DNA of 63,862 nt, the filler included, from Octopus bimaculoides (taxonomy: Eukaryota), in assembly GCF_001194135.2 (NCBI RefSeq). It is 5 parts of 5 records of this genome, joined end to end, with 100 filler letters (N's around TTAATTAATTAA, not from the genome) between each part and the next. Parts side by side here need not be neighbours in the genome. Positions count along the whole stretch, not along the records: positions 1 to 17,975 come from NC_068999.1; positions 18,076 to 30,332 come from NC_068988.1; 3 more parts are not named here. One strand, 5' to 3'. Below the pieces are notes generated by a model. The model made no database searches, was not told the origin of the DNA, and saw nothing but the letters and a program-made list of their open reading frames with translations. The position numbers were made by a program, and so were the translations under genes. Numbering within the stretch: position 1 is the first letter of the stretch; each line of letters begins with the position of its first letter. Shown here in pieces: positions 13,401 to 29,344 of this stretch.

Positions 13401-16019
13401 AGTACAAGTAATGGGAAAGAGTGTAGTTGATTAAACTAAGACCAGTTTATGATTGGTTTTATTTTATCTACTCCAGACGTGTGAAAGGCAACAACCACAC
13501 TTGAAAGATTTCAACTCAAATCAAAAAGGGACATAATTAACTATTACAAAGTATTTTGTCAGTTGCTCTAATGATTATCACAACTCTTACTTGTTTCAAT
13601 CATTTGACTGCAGCCATGCTGGAGCACCGCCTTTAGTCGAGCAAATCGACCCCAGTAGAATGGAGGAATTATAAGAACGTTTGAGCAGGTGCATTGCACT
13701 ATTTGTTCTGATTCTTTTCATTCAGAGTTCAAATCCCAGTACGGCCAACTAGGGAGGTAGACTTAATCTGTTACCAGCTTTAACAACAACATCTAATATC
13801 TTGAGTACCTTTAGCAGAATCCACTCTTTTGCAAGCTTTAGGCCTGGTCTCCAGTTTGTGTATACCTTACTCATTCCCCACCCCTTTCAGTCTCAGAGGC
13901 CCTGTAAGGGGTCATGAGCACTATTCCTCTTCCTGACTAAAAGATTAAAACAAAAAATCCACATAGTGAGGAGACAGACTCATTAACATAATGATTAATC
14001 TTGCACGTGAAACACATGGAGAGATAACTATGAAATTATAATTGAAATTAGTTAAAATAGGATCCTAGCATTCTATATTTTAATTAAGTGAGGAATGTGT
14101 CTGACTCTAACAATATTGTAGCAGCTCTGGGATTGACACTTCTATAATTACCATTTCCTCAATTAATTACCAATTGGACTGCAGCTATGCTACAACACTG
14201 CCTTGAATGGTTATAGTAGAATAAATTGACCCCAGCACTTAGCCTATTGGTCTCTTTTGGTGAACCACTAAGTTACATCATCATCATCATTAAGCGTCCA
14301 TTTTCCATACTAGCATGGGTTAGATGGTTTGACTGGAACTGTTAAGCTGGAGAGCTGCACCAGGCTCCAGTAGTCAGTTTTGGCTTGATATCTCCATTTG
14401 ATATGACATTTGGAAGGGCATCCGGTCATAAAAACCATGCTGACTCAGACAACTGGAGCCTGGCCAGCTCCTGTCAAACTGTCCAATCCATGCCAGTATG
14501 GAAAACAGACATTGAACAATGATAATGATGACAGGGCAAAAACTGCTCAAGTGGTTCTTCTATGTGAGTATTGTGAAACTGAGCCAGGAGATCACAAGAA
14601 GCACTCCTTGCTATCATCAACTCCAATTACTAATTGTTAGTTATTTATGGAAACTTTAATCTGATTATAATTTTTAAAAAGTGTTTTATTTGTTTTAATA
14701 TCTGTATCCTTCTACATGTATCGTTTTCCCGACCCCGCTTTTTTTTATAAACAAATAATTCAACTAAATACTTAAATCTACTTAACTTCTGAGGGTAGGA
14801 TGCTGCCACTTGTCTTTTTCGCAGAGAAATGAGCAGGGATTGGAGTCAGAGACAGCGGTTTTAATATTTGTTGTTTTAAATTTACTGTTTCATCTATGTT
14901 ATAAGAATTTAGAAAATTCGAGGAAGGTGATGTAATTATTTCTAATGGGCGAAAATCAAAGTAGATAAAGCAATGAATAACAGCATGTAGAATATTGGAG
15001 CTAAAAAGAAAAAAAAACCCTCAAATGGAAAAAAGTCAAAGACTGCCCTGCCCATGGGACAGGAATCCACATCTTCTGTAAACATGATAGATGTTCTACC
15101 ATTGGACCAAACCGACACTTTGAATTTTCTCCATCCATTTTAGGGGCTTTGTTCTTATTAGCGAGAATTGTAAGATGTTTACATATTAAAAATTCAGAAC
15201 CTTCAAGAGATATGAGGTAAATTTTTTTGATGTTAGAATCTGAATAAGATAAAACTATAAATGATAGCATTTAGAATATCAGGCTAAAAGACCCTTTGAT
15301 GGAAAAAAAGTTGAAGGCTGCTCATGGGTTTTTTTTTTTAACCCAATATTTCACATGCAAGTATTTATAGATGTATGTCCGTCAAGTTCAACTGTTACAA
15401 ATAATTTACTATTGTTTCATTGTTTTTACAACGTATTGCTTTTTCTCAGACGCCATCTTCTCATAAAATCATCAACACTACAAATCAACATCACATGTTC
15501 ACTTATAGTGTGTGATACAAATGCAGGGTTGGATTTAGATATGGGCCAAGATGGGTCATGACCCAAGGGCCTCCCAAGCATTGGAGGTCCCTTTAACTCA
15601 GAGAATCCTAAAGCTTGAAGTTAAACATTTTTAAATATATTTTCAGCAATTATATAAATAATCTAAGTTTTCTTACTTGTTTAAATATATTTTAATCCAA
15701 AAGAGTTTTTTTTTTTTAAATCATTAGGCCCTTTTAGATTGAAAATGCTATTAAATTTAATCGAATTCCTCTGAATCTATCAAGGACTTTTTAAAGTTTT
15801 GGGGCCTCTTAAAACTGTTTGGGGCTCTTAGATTTAATCAAGCCCTAATCTTATGTTTTGAATTAGTTCTTTTTTTATATAGTGCTTTTTTAAAAAATAT
15901 TTTGAGCATATGTTTTCTTTTGATATAATAAGAGAGCGGTCAATAGCAATGCATTATCCAAACAAATGAGCCAGACAAGATCAGCATGTTGAAAAAGACA
16001 TATGCAAAATCGAGGAGAA

Positions 16020-16520
16020 TGAATGGGATCAGAGGGTGGAAGTTGCTGTGGTGAAGGGGCCAGTGGAGAGGGTTAGTCAGGAAGAAGTAGTGGAGGCAAT
16101 GAAGGAAATGAAAACAGGAAAGGCAGCTGGTCCATCAGAAGTAAGTGTGGAAATAATAACTGCAAGTGGAGAGATAGGGATTGTTGTGATGATGGAGCTC
16201 TGCCTGGGTGTACTGGATGGAAGAGGAATGCCAGATGATTGGGCAGTAAGTGTGGTGGTACCGATCTTCAAGGGAAAAGGGGATGTGATGAGTTGTGGAA
16301 CATATAGAGGAGTGAAGTTATTGGAGCATGTAATGAAGATAGTGGATGAGATACAATTTGGTTTTATGCCAGGAAGGGGACAATAGATGTGTTCATTGTA
16401 AGGAGATTGCAGGAGGAATACTGAGATAAGAGGAAGGAGTTGTACATGAGCTTCGTTGATCTGGAGAGGGCATTTGACAGGGTTCCAAGGAAGGTGATTG
16501 AGTGGGCATTGAGGAAGAGC
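16020..16520 (+). mobile_element. RTE-clade LINE reverse transcriptase fragment
   Basis: MKTGKAAGP..SVVVPIFKGKGD..YRGVKLLEHVMKI..QFGFMPGRG..FVDLERAFDRVPRKV; internal deletion and frameshift. Confidence 0.92.
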
Positions 16521-17626
16521 AATTTTAGATGTCTGAATCCCATCCAATATGCATTCTGGTAAGTTGAGTAGCAAACTATTATCACTATAGTGAAACTATT
16601 GTACAGTTAAGTACCAAGTCAGCTTTGTTGACCTAGTAAATGGAGTCACTACAAACTACTGGCAGAAAAGGAAGGTAGGTATACACAACTATACAACAGC
16701 TTATGTATCAACATGATAATAGTGTTTAGTTGGTTTCATGTAACATAAGAAGGCTCAAAGACACATCAGAAATGTCCTAGTTTTAATAATTAAGGAGGTA
16801 TGTATCCTTTTTCTTCCTATTATATGGTTTTAAATATATTATTTCATCATTTTTGATATTATACCATTTTTATATATTTTGATGAGAAAAGTGAGAAAAA
16901 AGATGAACAAGTGTTACATGATTTCTAATTTATATCATTTAATGAATAACAATTCTGCAGTTTTTAACACATAATTATTATCATCAACATTTAATGTCTG
17001 TTTTCCATGCTGGCATAGGTTGGACAGGCGTGGCCAGGGACCATACCAGCAATGCGCCACATATCTTTGTCCTTTGTTATCTTCTTCATAAAGCTCAGTG
17101 TTTTGAGATCAGCCTTCAGTATTTCATCCCATGTCTTCCTCTTCTACAACTTCTCTCCACCTTAATCATCATCATCATCATCATCGTTGTTTAACATCCG
17201 CTTTCCATGCTGGCATGGGTTGGACGGTTTGACTGAGGACTGGTAAACTTCATGAAAACAATAATGAATAATTATTTTTGTTATGTTGTCCCTTAATACA
17301 GGAAATCTACTAAGAAATAAATACTACGTGCAACACAACAAACTTGACTACCAATGATTCTACCTCTTCCGATGCACAATTGTTAGCTACTATCATTTGT
17401 TTGACAACATTTTCCATGGCAATATTACGCTAATTATTGACAAATACAATACCATATGACTGTAATTTTGGGCAGAAATAATCTAAAAAGCTAAGGAAAT
17501 TACACTAACCTAGTTGTTGGACTAAAAGCATGATGTAGCTATGGAATGTTTGTGGTGCACAATTTGTACACATTTCATCAGTTTATCACAATTAATTATG
17601 TATTCTGATTTTGGTGGGTTGTCATC

Positions 17627-17945
17627 ATCTATATATATAAAAATGAGAATGTGTGTCTGTCTGTCTGTCTGTGTGAATCCCTAAAACTCGAGAACTACGC
17701 AACCAATTTCATTCAAATTTTACACATGCCTTACTTAGAGTTCCAGTTGTGTTTTAGTCAAAAAAATTTTTTTAACTTCTTGCAGAGTTCGAGCACACGG
17801 CAACATAATATCTCTTCCACTATTTAAGTATTACGTGTCAAAAGTGAAACAAAAACACTCATGTCAAATACTTTCACTTTAAAAATGAAACTATTCCACT
17901 AACTGAAACAATCACATTTCGATACTGTAATGACAGATACTTTCA
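17627..17945 (+). mobile_element. Non-autonomous Helitron/DINE-like element
   Basis: 5' TCTATATATATAAAA, internal (GTCT)n; related copies at about 6200-6370 (-) and 56618-56690 (+). Confidence 0.55.
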
Positions 17946-17975
17946 CAGAGAGAGAAAGAGAGAAAGAGAGAGAGA

Positions 17976-18075
17976 NNNNNNNNNNNNNNNNNNNNNNNNN
18001 NNNNNNNNNNNNNNNNNNNTTAATTAATTAANNNNNNNNNNNNNNNNNNNNNNNNNNNNNNNNNNNNNNNNNNNN
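17976..18075. other. Scaffolding gap marker (44 N + TTAATTAATTAA + 44 N); also 30333-30432, 46077-46176, 62431-62530
   Basis: Identical 100-bp structure four times; the 12-mer gives stops in all six frames. Confidence 0.9.
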
Positions 18076-18109
<34 letters not shown>

Positions 18110-18411
18110 GAGAGAGAGAGAGAAAAATATTTTCTACCTATTCACACACACACGTGTGTGTGTGTGATATACAATTCAAACATACACACGCACTAACACA
18201 CACTCACACACATATATGTATGCATATGCATAAACCCAAACACACATATGTCCCCACATATATATTTGTGTACATATACATGTATATCTATGTATACGTA
18301 AATATATACATTCGTACACGAGCACATACAGGCATGTGGATATGTATATATGTATGTAAATACTTTTAGATATATGTGTACATTTATATGTTCGCATATT
18401 TGTATATCTAA

Positions 18412-18484
<73 letters not shown>

Positions 18485-20727
18485 NNNNNNNNNNNNNNNN
18501 NNNNNNNNNNNNNNNNNNNNNNNNNNNNNNNNNNNNNNNNNNNNNNNNNNNNNNNNNNNNNNNNNNNNNNNNNNNNNNNNNNNNNNNNNNNNNNNNNNNN
18601 NNNNNNNNNNNNNNNNNNNNNNNNNNNNNNNNNNNNNNNNNNNNNNNNNNNNNNNNNNNNNNNNNNNNNNNNNNNNNNNNNNNNNNNNNNNNNNNNNNNN
18701 NNNNNNNNNNNNNNNNNNNNNNNNNNNNNNNNNNNNNNNNNNNNNNNNNNNNNNNNNNNNNNNNNNNNNNNNNNNNNNNNNNNNNNNNNNNNNNNNNNNN
18801 NNNNNNNNNNNNNNNNNNNNNNNNNNNNNNNNNNNNNNNNNNNNNNNNNNNNNNNNNNNNNNNNNNNNNNNNNNNNNNNNNNNNNNNNNNNNNNNNNNNN
18901 NNNNNNNNNNNNNNNNNNNNNNNNNNNNNNNNNNNNNNNNNNNNNNNNNNNNNNNNNNNNNNNNNNNNNNNNNNNNNNNNNNNNNNNNNNNNNNNNNNNN
19001 NNNNNNNNNNNNNNNNNNNNNNNNNNNNNNNNNNNNNNNNNNNNNNNNNNNNNNNNNNNNNNNNNNNNNNNNNNNNNNNNNNNNNNNNNNNNNNNNNNNN
19101 NNNNNNNNNNTATATATATATATATATATCCAAATATACATTCACACAAATATATGTTTACAATTTCTATAACGATTCACGCGTATAAACAATCATCTAG
19201 ATCTTCACACACACACACACTCACGCACTTTCACCCATACATGCATCTTTTTTAAGAATTCTAAATTGTCATTCCACCAGAGTTTATTTATATTTTCAAT
19301 ATTTGTTTCATTCTTCTCAAAATTACAATGACAGACAGTTCGAAATTCTTTTTTTTTTATTTTAGAATACATAGTTTAATCCTATTTACGTTGGAAGTTC
19401 AAATTCCGATGAAGTCGACTTTGCTTTTTATCCTTTGCTGGGTCGATGAATTAAGTACCAATAGAGTACTGGGGGTCGATGTAATCGATTACTCCCCTCC
19501 GCACAAATTTCAGGCCTCCTCCTCCTCCTCCTCCTCCTCCTTGTCTTCCTGTTCAACTCCTTTAGCTCCTCCTCTGTCCACTTCAGGTTTCCCGCGCCAT
19601 ATCAAACTACTGCGACTGCGCGCGAGGTCGATAAATTAAGTACCAGTTGTGTACTGGGTTGATCTAATCGACTAATCCCCTCCCCACAAATTTCAAGTCT
19701 TGTGCCTATAGTACAAAGTATTATAATTATTGTTGTTGTTGTTATTATCATTATTATTTCACTATGATTGTCACAGTTTTGTATCTGATTTAATTGGCAA
19801 TATAGCAGTCATATAATTGGGTTGATTGAATTGACTCTACCTTCCCATTTAGGTGTAGTAGGCGGCCGAGTACTCGAGAGAAAGAAAGAGAGGAAAATTA
19901 GCGGAGTCATTAGAGTGTCCCACCAATAAGCTTGGAGTATTTGAATTCTTTAGATTCTGAGTTCGGTTCACCCCGAGATCGATTTTATATTTATAACTCA
20001 GAGCTGAATAAAATAAAGGGCAAGCCAAATACTGAGGTCATAACACAATCATTTGTTGTCCGTCGCCACGAAATGTAAGGTCCTCGTACCCCTATGTTAG
20101 TCGTCTTCAACATCGCCGCGTCCCTTCATAGCTGAGTGTTTGTACTCGCTTGTACCGCATTCCATATAAAGCACATCTGTTTAATTCCCCGACAGGATTT
20201 CCTCCTTCTTAACTGTAGTTAGTTAAGCCTCGTTAGGTCTTCGTATTTGATATTTATGCCAGAATATGAAGACACTTGCAGTGAGAGATGTCAACTATCT
20301 CAGCCGTCCAAAGAAAGGATTCAAGAAGATCAAGAATAAAAGAATAAAAAACTATACAAAACACACGCATAGACATATTCCCCTACCTACACACACAGCC
20401 TTCCCCCATTAATATGTTTCCCAAGCAACGTCTTTTAAATATGATTGCAGTTCAGTCGTAATACAAGATACGTGTAATTTGTTGACAACTTGGTTTCCTG
20501 TTATGCATGAGTGTGCGCGTGCGTATCTGTGCGTGTGTGTATGTGTGTGCGCACGCACGCGTGAACCTATATAAATGCATATACACACACTCACACACAT
20601 TCACACAAATGCGCACATATATGCATGCATATACATAATATATTAATATAATATACATTCTTATTATGTATGTGTGTGTATATATATATTTGAAGTTATG
20701 TATACATGCACGTATGCATAAATTTAC

Positions 20728-20763
<36 letters not shown>

Positions 20764-21475
20764 NNNNNNNNNNNNNNNNNNNNNNNNNNNNNNNNNNNNN
20801 NNNNNNNNNNNNNNNNNNNNNNNNNNNNNNNNNNNNNNNNNNNNNNNNNNNNNNNNNNNNNNNNNNNNNNNNNNNNNNNNNNNNNNNNNNNNNNNNNNNN
20901 NNNNNNNNNNNNNNNNNNNNGTGTGTGTGTGTGTGTGTGTGTGTGTATGTATTATGTATGTATGTATGTATGTATATATATATATTTTTGTGTGTATGTA
21001 TGTGTATGTATGCATGTATATATATATGTTTGTGTGTGTGTAGATGTATATATCTTGTGTCCTTTGTAAAAGGCTTCTACCATTATTTGAAAGAGTAAAT
21101 TACTCACTGGCAGCATTAATACGTCAGATAGGTTTACATCTTTCTAATGGAGAAAACTGTTAGAACGGCCTGAGCAGTCGGTGAAGCGCCTAATCCATTT
21201 TAAATATTCCTTCTGTAAGACAAAAAAAATTATAGAAATAAAGTAATGAAGAAATAGAAATAAATGAAGAACAAAGACAAATAAAAGTAATAAGATTTTC
21301 TAAGGTAGGCCACACAATACAGGGCAAGTAGGCTTTGTGATAGTAATTTCACTAGTTCAATGGTATTTATTTCATCGATCCTGGAAGCTAAACGTTGTCC
21401 TGGCAGAATTTGAACTCAGATCATAAAAAAGCCGCTTAGTATTTTGTCCGACGTGCTAACGATTCTGTCAGCTCA

Positions 21476-22330
<855 letters not shown>

Positions 22331-22343
22331 TAATAAATAAATA

Positions 22344-22401
<58 letters not shown>

Positions 22402-23590
22402 GTAGTAGTAGTAATAACAATGATAATAATAATAATAATAATAACAACAGCAATAATAATAATCTTTTCAGTTTTTATTTAGACCCAGGGCTCAAAAGAT
22501 ATAAAATACGATGAATATTTGACAGGAGACTTTAAGAGACGTTTGGGAAGGTTCTCTAAATGTACCCCAAACACAGTGACATGGAGCAATTGACGTCATA
22601 TAATGAAAGTGTGGGGTGGGGGTCATCTTAAACATTTATAGAAACACGAAGTTTTAGATACTAACGTTGCATCCAAATACAACTTGAAAGACTTGGAGAA
22701 CCCAGGGTAAGTCATTGAATGGTGGTGAAAGGACTCTAGCTAACCAAATGATTGATTGGCCTGTCAAACGATTTATCAAGCTATCGATTAGTTAATTGGC
22801 TTATAATTAAATAGTATGAATTTTTATGAGCAGAATGACCATCTCAAGATCAACAGCGTCTGATTGAACAGAAAATTTAACGTCAAGAATTTGCCAGACA
22901 AATACAAGACTGAAAGACAAGTAACTGCACAATTTTTCCTGACTTATGGTTGCTTGGTACACACACGCACACACACACACACACGCTCTCTCTCTCTCAC
23001 ACACACACGCTCTCTCTCTCTCACACACACACTTTTTATCTTTTACTCGTTTGAGACATTGGGCAGCGGCCAAGCTGGGGTACCACATTGAAGGGTTTTA
23101 ATCGAACAAATCGACCCAGTAGTAATTTTTGAAGACTGGTACTTGTTCAAGTGATTTCTTGACGAATTACTAAGTTAGGGGAACATAAACAAACCAGTTC
23201 CGGTTGTCAAGCTAGAAAGACGGCTGACAAACACAGACACAAACACACATATACACTCATGTGTAAACACGCACTCACACACACACGCACGGACACACAC
23301 ACGCACACACACGCACACACACACGCACGGACACACACACGCACACACACGCATGGACACACACACGCACCCCCCCCCACAAATTTCTAGTTTCCAAATT
23401 CACTCACGCGGCTGTAGTAGAAGACACCCATGTTGCTGCGCAGTGAGATTGATCCCGAAACACGTGGTTGCCAAGCGAGCGTCTAACCACATAGCCATGC
23501 TCGCAAATACATTCATTCCTACATACATACACACATACACACACATACATGTGTATGTGTGTAAACACACGCACATTTAGACATACAGAC

Positions 23591-23621
<31 letters not shown>

Positions 23622-24040
23622 CATACATACACACGCACATATACACATTTAAACAGAGATAACTGATTAGGTAAATGGACGGATGGAATTTGAAGGGGGA
23701 GGGGCTGACTTGTGTGTATGGGGTACATTGCTTGATCTGTATATTATTTATGAATAATAGTATCACACATGGTATAAGTTTAACGGCTGAGTGAGTCTGT
23801 CTGTTTGTCCCCCGGTTCTTCATCTCAATGGCTCTAATAATAGTAGAGTTAGATATGATGAAAAGGAGACTGGAATAAAAAGGCATAAAAGAAAAAAAGA
23901 AACGATTCTAAGACATGTAACATTTGTGTGAAGATTTTAAGTTGGGTTGGTGGGGGGGGGAGTCAGAAAGAGGTGAAAAACGTCAAGAGAAAAACTACAA
24001 CGAATAGTTATACGCGAGTATATATAACTATGTGTGCGTG

Positions 24041-24101
<61 letters not shown>

Positions 24102-24294
24102 ATGTGTGTATGTATATTTACGCGCGTGTGTGCACACATGCACATACGTGCACCTGTGTGTATGTGTATGTATGTATATATAGATGTCTATACATATATT
24201 GTTTGCATACACCTACATACACACACATGTATGTATGTATATGCACAGCCATACACGTATATATAAACGCGAAAGCTGACGTGTATAGTAGCGA

Positions 24295-24296
24295 TT

Positions 24297-24338
<42 letters not shown>

Positions 24339-24455
24339 GTGGTGATGATGATGATGATGATGATGGTGATGTTGACTATGATGAACACGATCATAACAAC
24401 GCCATCAACGACGGCGACGACGAAGATGGTGATGATGATGATGTTGATGATGATG
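24295..24455. repeat. (GAT)n microsatellite, representative of abundant SSRs ((GAA)n 24755-24810, (GAAAA)n 25265-25312, many (TA)n, (CA)n, (TAGA)n, (GA)n)
   Basis: Direct reading; most N gaps are flanked by such SSRs. Confidence 0.95.
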
Positions 24456-24781
24456 AGTGTAAACAATCGTTGAAAAGATACTTCGGAATGAAAAATAAAA
24501 AAAAATAAGACACACACACGCACACACACACACTCACACACACACACTCACACACTCACACACACACACACATACGCGCGCGCGCGCGAACGAAAGATGG
24601 TTTATAATGTCATAAAAAATGTTTCCGAATGCCTCCCAAAGTATTTTGAAAACACTAAGATTTATTGCATCAGTAATGCAATTTGAAGAGAAAAGACAAA
24701 TGGAAGACGAGGGGGAAGAGTGAAGAGGATAAGGAAGAGGAAGAAGAGGAGGAGAAGAAGAAGAAGAAGAAGAAGAAGAAG

Positions 24782-24812
<31 letters not shown>

Positions 24813-25181
24813 GGGATATTGAACAAGAAAAAAAACTGAGATAAAGAAATGAAGTATAGTTGCTATTATGTTTGTAAAGAGAGACCATTGCAGGATAATA
24901 TGGAGGAAATATCGTAACATTTTACTTAATCAAACGACTAAAGGCATCGAGGTTTTGTGTGCGAGAAAAAAGAGCAATAAAGGAATCGGTTATTTTATTC
25001 ATTGTAAGACTGCCTTAAAAAAGAAACGCTAAGGCGCGCGCGCAAACACATACACATACACACACACGCACACTCGCGTACACACATAGACTTACACAAA
25101 CTCTCTCTCGCGCGCACACACAAACATTATCCTTCTATCTATCTATCTGTCTATCTACCTATCTATCTATCTATCTATCTC

Positions 25182-25212
<31 letters not shown>

Positions 25213-25499
25213 ATCTTTGCAAGAATACTGTTCCCACAATCTCAGTTCTCGGCGAAATTGTAGGAAAGAAAAGAAAAGAAAAGAAAAGAAAAGAAAAGAA
25301 AAGAAAAGAAAAGTCTTATTTACGATAATCCAATGCATTTAATAAGTTTAATTTATAAACAGTGAGTTGCTAGAAATCTATAGTCTATTCTTTGCGACAT
25401 TAGAATATCAAAAACGAATATCGAGAGAGAGAGAGAGAGAGAGAGGTAGATATTTGTATGTATAGAGAGAGACACGCGCGCACATGAATGAATGAATGA

Positions 25500-25542
<43 letters not shown>

Positions 25543-25640
25543 AATTAAATGGAGAATATGTACATACGATATGCATATGCGCGTGTAGATTTATACACAC
25601 ACACACGCGCATATATATATATATATATATACATATACAT

Positions 25641-25682
<42 letters not shown>

Positions 25683-26173
25683 GCACATATATCTATGTCT
25701 ACAACTACTGACACATGTACATAGGTGTATACATCTACTCCCATGTATATATCTACTCCCATGTATATATCTGCTAGTCATGTATACATCCGAGCATAAA
25801 CAGGAGTATATACCTGCTTGTGCTTGTATTCTCAATAATATTCGAAGAACCTACAAGTTGTTCCACAAAGAATTTGCTTGAAAAGAAACGGGATTGAGTC
25901 TGAATAGCCATGCTAGTGAACTAATGGGCAACTTTCGATACCATTATATATCTATATATTATAATAACTAACGGTTTGCTACAGTGCATTGAAGATATCA
26001 ATATTTTGTCTGTGTCATCGTGTCTGTGTTCGTCAATAAGTGTCCATCCGGGCGTATGTTTGTGTATGAGAGCGGGATTGTTTGCGCACGCACTTACTGA
26101 CTAGCAGGCGCCTAAGCATATCTATAAGTCAAAATGCATTAGTATCTGCGTATTTACGTACACACAGACACGA

Positions 26174-26255
<82 letters not shown>

Positions 26256-27100
26256 TTAGGGATAAAATCCAAAATTACAGGTAAAAACTCAATTAAAATC
26301 AATTTATTAAAAATCAAAATTAAATTAAGTTTCATAGTATTAAATATATATAAATATATAGTTTTAGGGAAAAGAACCAAGGTTCATGAACTCATCGATG
26401 AAAATCCAGTCACATATAGAAAAATTAATAAGTAAAAGCACAATAAATAAGTATAATATAATGCAAAGTAAATATCATAAGATAAAGATAATAAAACGAC
26501 TACACGTATTTCATAACCAATTTTCAAATAGAAAGAAAATTTAAATCGATTAAAATCAATTAAAACAATCGAAAATCAATTCTATTCAAAAATATAGCTA
26601 ATCTTCAGGTCAAAATACAACAATAATAATAATAAAAGAATGTATATATCAACCCACAATAAATAACAAATGAATGTATATAAAATACTTATTATATAAA
26701 GATAGAAAAATATTATTAAAAATATAAAAATAATAAACATTCCATAATCAACCCTACGTCCATTATAATATACGCTAACAGGTATATTATATGCAAAAAC
26801 CATCTCATCTGTTTTGGGGCGATATCACATTCTGTTACGAAACACTCAACTGCTTTAACCATTAAATATTGATCAGTGTTGCAGAAACAGCATCGTTGAT
26901 TTAGGTATATGCATGAGGTTTCATCAGAATGAAACGGATCTGGCTTTCAATTATGTTAGATCAATCTTTCTCTATACAAGCCAAAACAGACCAATGGAGT
27001 TAGGTACAGAAGCGCGGTTTATAATCTGTTACTTTGAATATGTGACAGTTCTAATGCTATACTTGTCTTTGTATACACACATTCATTCGTTCAGAGATAG

Positions 27101-27135
<35 letters not shown>

Positions 27136-28361
27136 CACATTCATGTAAATATATATATATATATATATATATAAGTGCTGGCATAGCACTGTAGTATGAA
27201 GTTTACTTCGCAAACACATGGTTCCGGGTTCAGTCCCATTGCATGGTAACTTGGGCAAGTGTCTTCTACTATAGCTCCGGGCTGGCCAATTCCTTATGAC
27301 TGAATTTAGTAAATGGATACTATGTTGAAGCCAGCCGTATGTATGTATGTATGTATGTATGTATACACATATGTACCTGTGTGTATTTGTCTGTGTTTGT
27401 CACCCGTCCTCCTATCGCTTGATAACCAGTGTTGGTTTGTATACGACTCCGTAACTCAGTGATTCGGCAAAAGTGACCATTAGAATAACTATCAAGCTTA
27501 AAACACAGTAATAGAGGCGATTTTCTCGATTAATAACTCCTCAAAGCCTCAGCATTGTAAAGGATATCATTAAAAGTTTTTTCCTCACCAAATATTAATA
27601 AAGATTACAGAACATTTTGTAATCAAATAAATATCTGAGGATTAACTATTCTACTCGTCTCTCCTTTGTCCAGTATTATATTTCAATGCGATATTTATGA
27701 CGAGAATTGATCGCAATAATCATAAATGATAAATGAACAGTTAACGTTAAAATTCAGACTGAACGGATATGCGTAGAAAAGCGTCGGCCAAGTTTACACC
27801 GAAGTAGCTGAAGGTTTTGCACATTGGGTCTATTCAAAGAAAAGTTTGTAAACTTATCCTGGACAGAAAAATAACAGCCCAGCTGACTAGTCTCAGACTA
27901 TTCAAATTAACCCTGGATTCTCATTCATCTTCTCTGTCAATACACTTATCTACGTAATCTATCTATCTATCTATCTATCTATCTACCTATATATATGTAT
28001 ATCTGTCTGTCTGTCTGCGATCTTCGAGTCCGACTTAAACCAAAACTTCTAAAAAACCAGTCCGTATACGAACCTAGTAAATGCACACTACTCGACAAAT
28101 CTAAATAAGACCAGAATCTATCCACGATTATCCAATATATATCCACAATCATACTTCTGGTTCATTACTAAAGCCATCCCCACCATTCACAAAATATTTT
28201 TCTTTTTCTATTTTCCTAATCTTCGTCCTGAAAGACATAGCTTTGTCATTAAAGTCCTGCATTATTCCGATCGTCTATTTGTCCAACGTTCAGCCTGCAG
28301 CTACAACTTCACATTATCTCTGATTAGGAATTCCTTCTCTTTCTATCGACATCTCTCTCTC

Positions 28362-28408
<47 letters not shown>

Positions 28409-28594
28409 ACTCCTCCCTCTCTCCCTATCTATTTTTCCCAGGCGCTTTTCTTGCCCCTTTTCCCCTCCTTTTCTTTCCGAACTCTCTATCTTTCGCTCTC
28501 CTGCTTTTTCACTCTCACACTTTATTTCTTTATGTCCTCGAATTCTAAGAAACTCTCAAAATAAATTTCCATTTGGGTCTATCTATCTATCTAC

Positions 28595-28701
<107 letters not shown>

Positions 28702-29344
28702 TCTATCTGTCAATGATGTGAGAGCATGTGTGTGTATGTGCGTGCGTGTGTGGGAGGATGGGCGGTGAGCGATTGTAAGTCAATATGAATATAACAAAAT
28801 ATTATACTGATAAGAAACGTGTTTACACACAATTACACACACAAACATTCACACATATAAATCATGATATACACACACACACACACAAAACAACAAAAAT
28901 ATGTGTAGAGAAAAACACATCTTCAATTGTAACATTCACCATACAAAGCCGACGATTGTTTCTGTTGTATTACAGACTTAGATACGAAAATATCATTGAG
29001 ATTAATATTTCCGAAAATACCTGTTAGCACAACACTTTCAAGGTGATCCAAAAAGATGATCCAAAATTAGTTAAATTCAAAGTGAACTAAGGAAATATTT
29101 CCAGTGCACGACCGTCTAAAAAAGAATGTTAAGAAGAAATATAATCTAAGAAAAGTTATTTTTGTATTCAACTATTGGTGACGTCAATGGACAACGAAAG
29201 AATAAAAACAAACATAAGAATTTTACGTCACGACAATTAGAAATATATAGAGATTTTACGTCACGACAATTAGTTGTCTATTTATTAAATATAGTAAACT
29301 TTTTTAAGAAAAAATATACTTATATGATCTATAAAAAGCAATTA

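Noticed and set aside
15526-15846. Possible MITE with cagggttggatt termini
   Set aside because: The terminal repeats are too degenerate to call without a consensus
17976-18075. TTAATTAATTAA motif recurring four times
   Set aside because: Always centred in a 100-bp N block; it is an assembly gap marker, not biology
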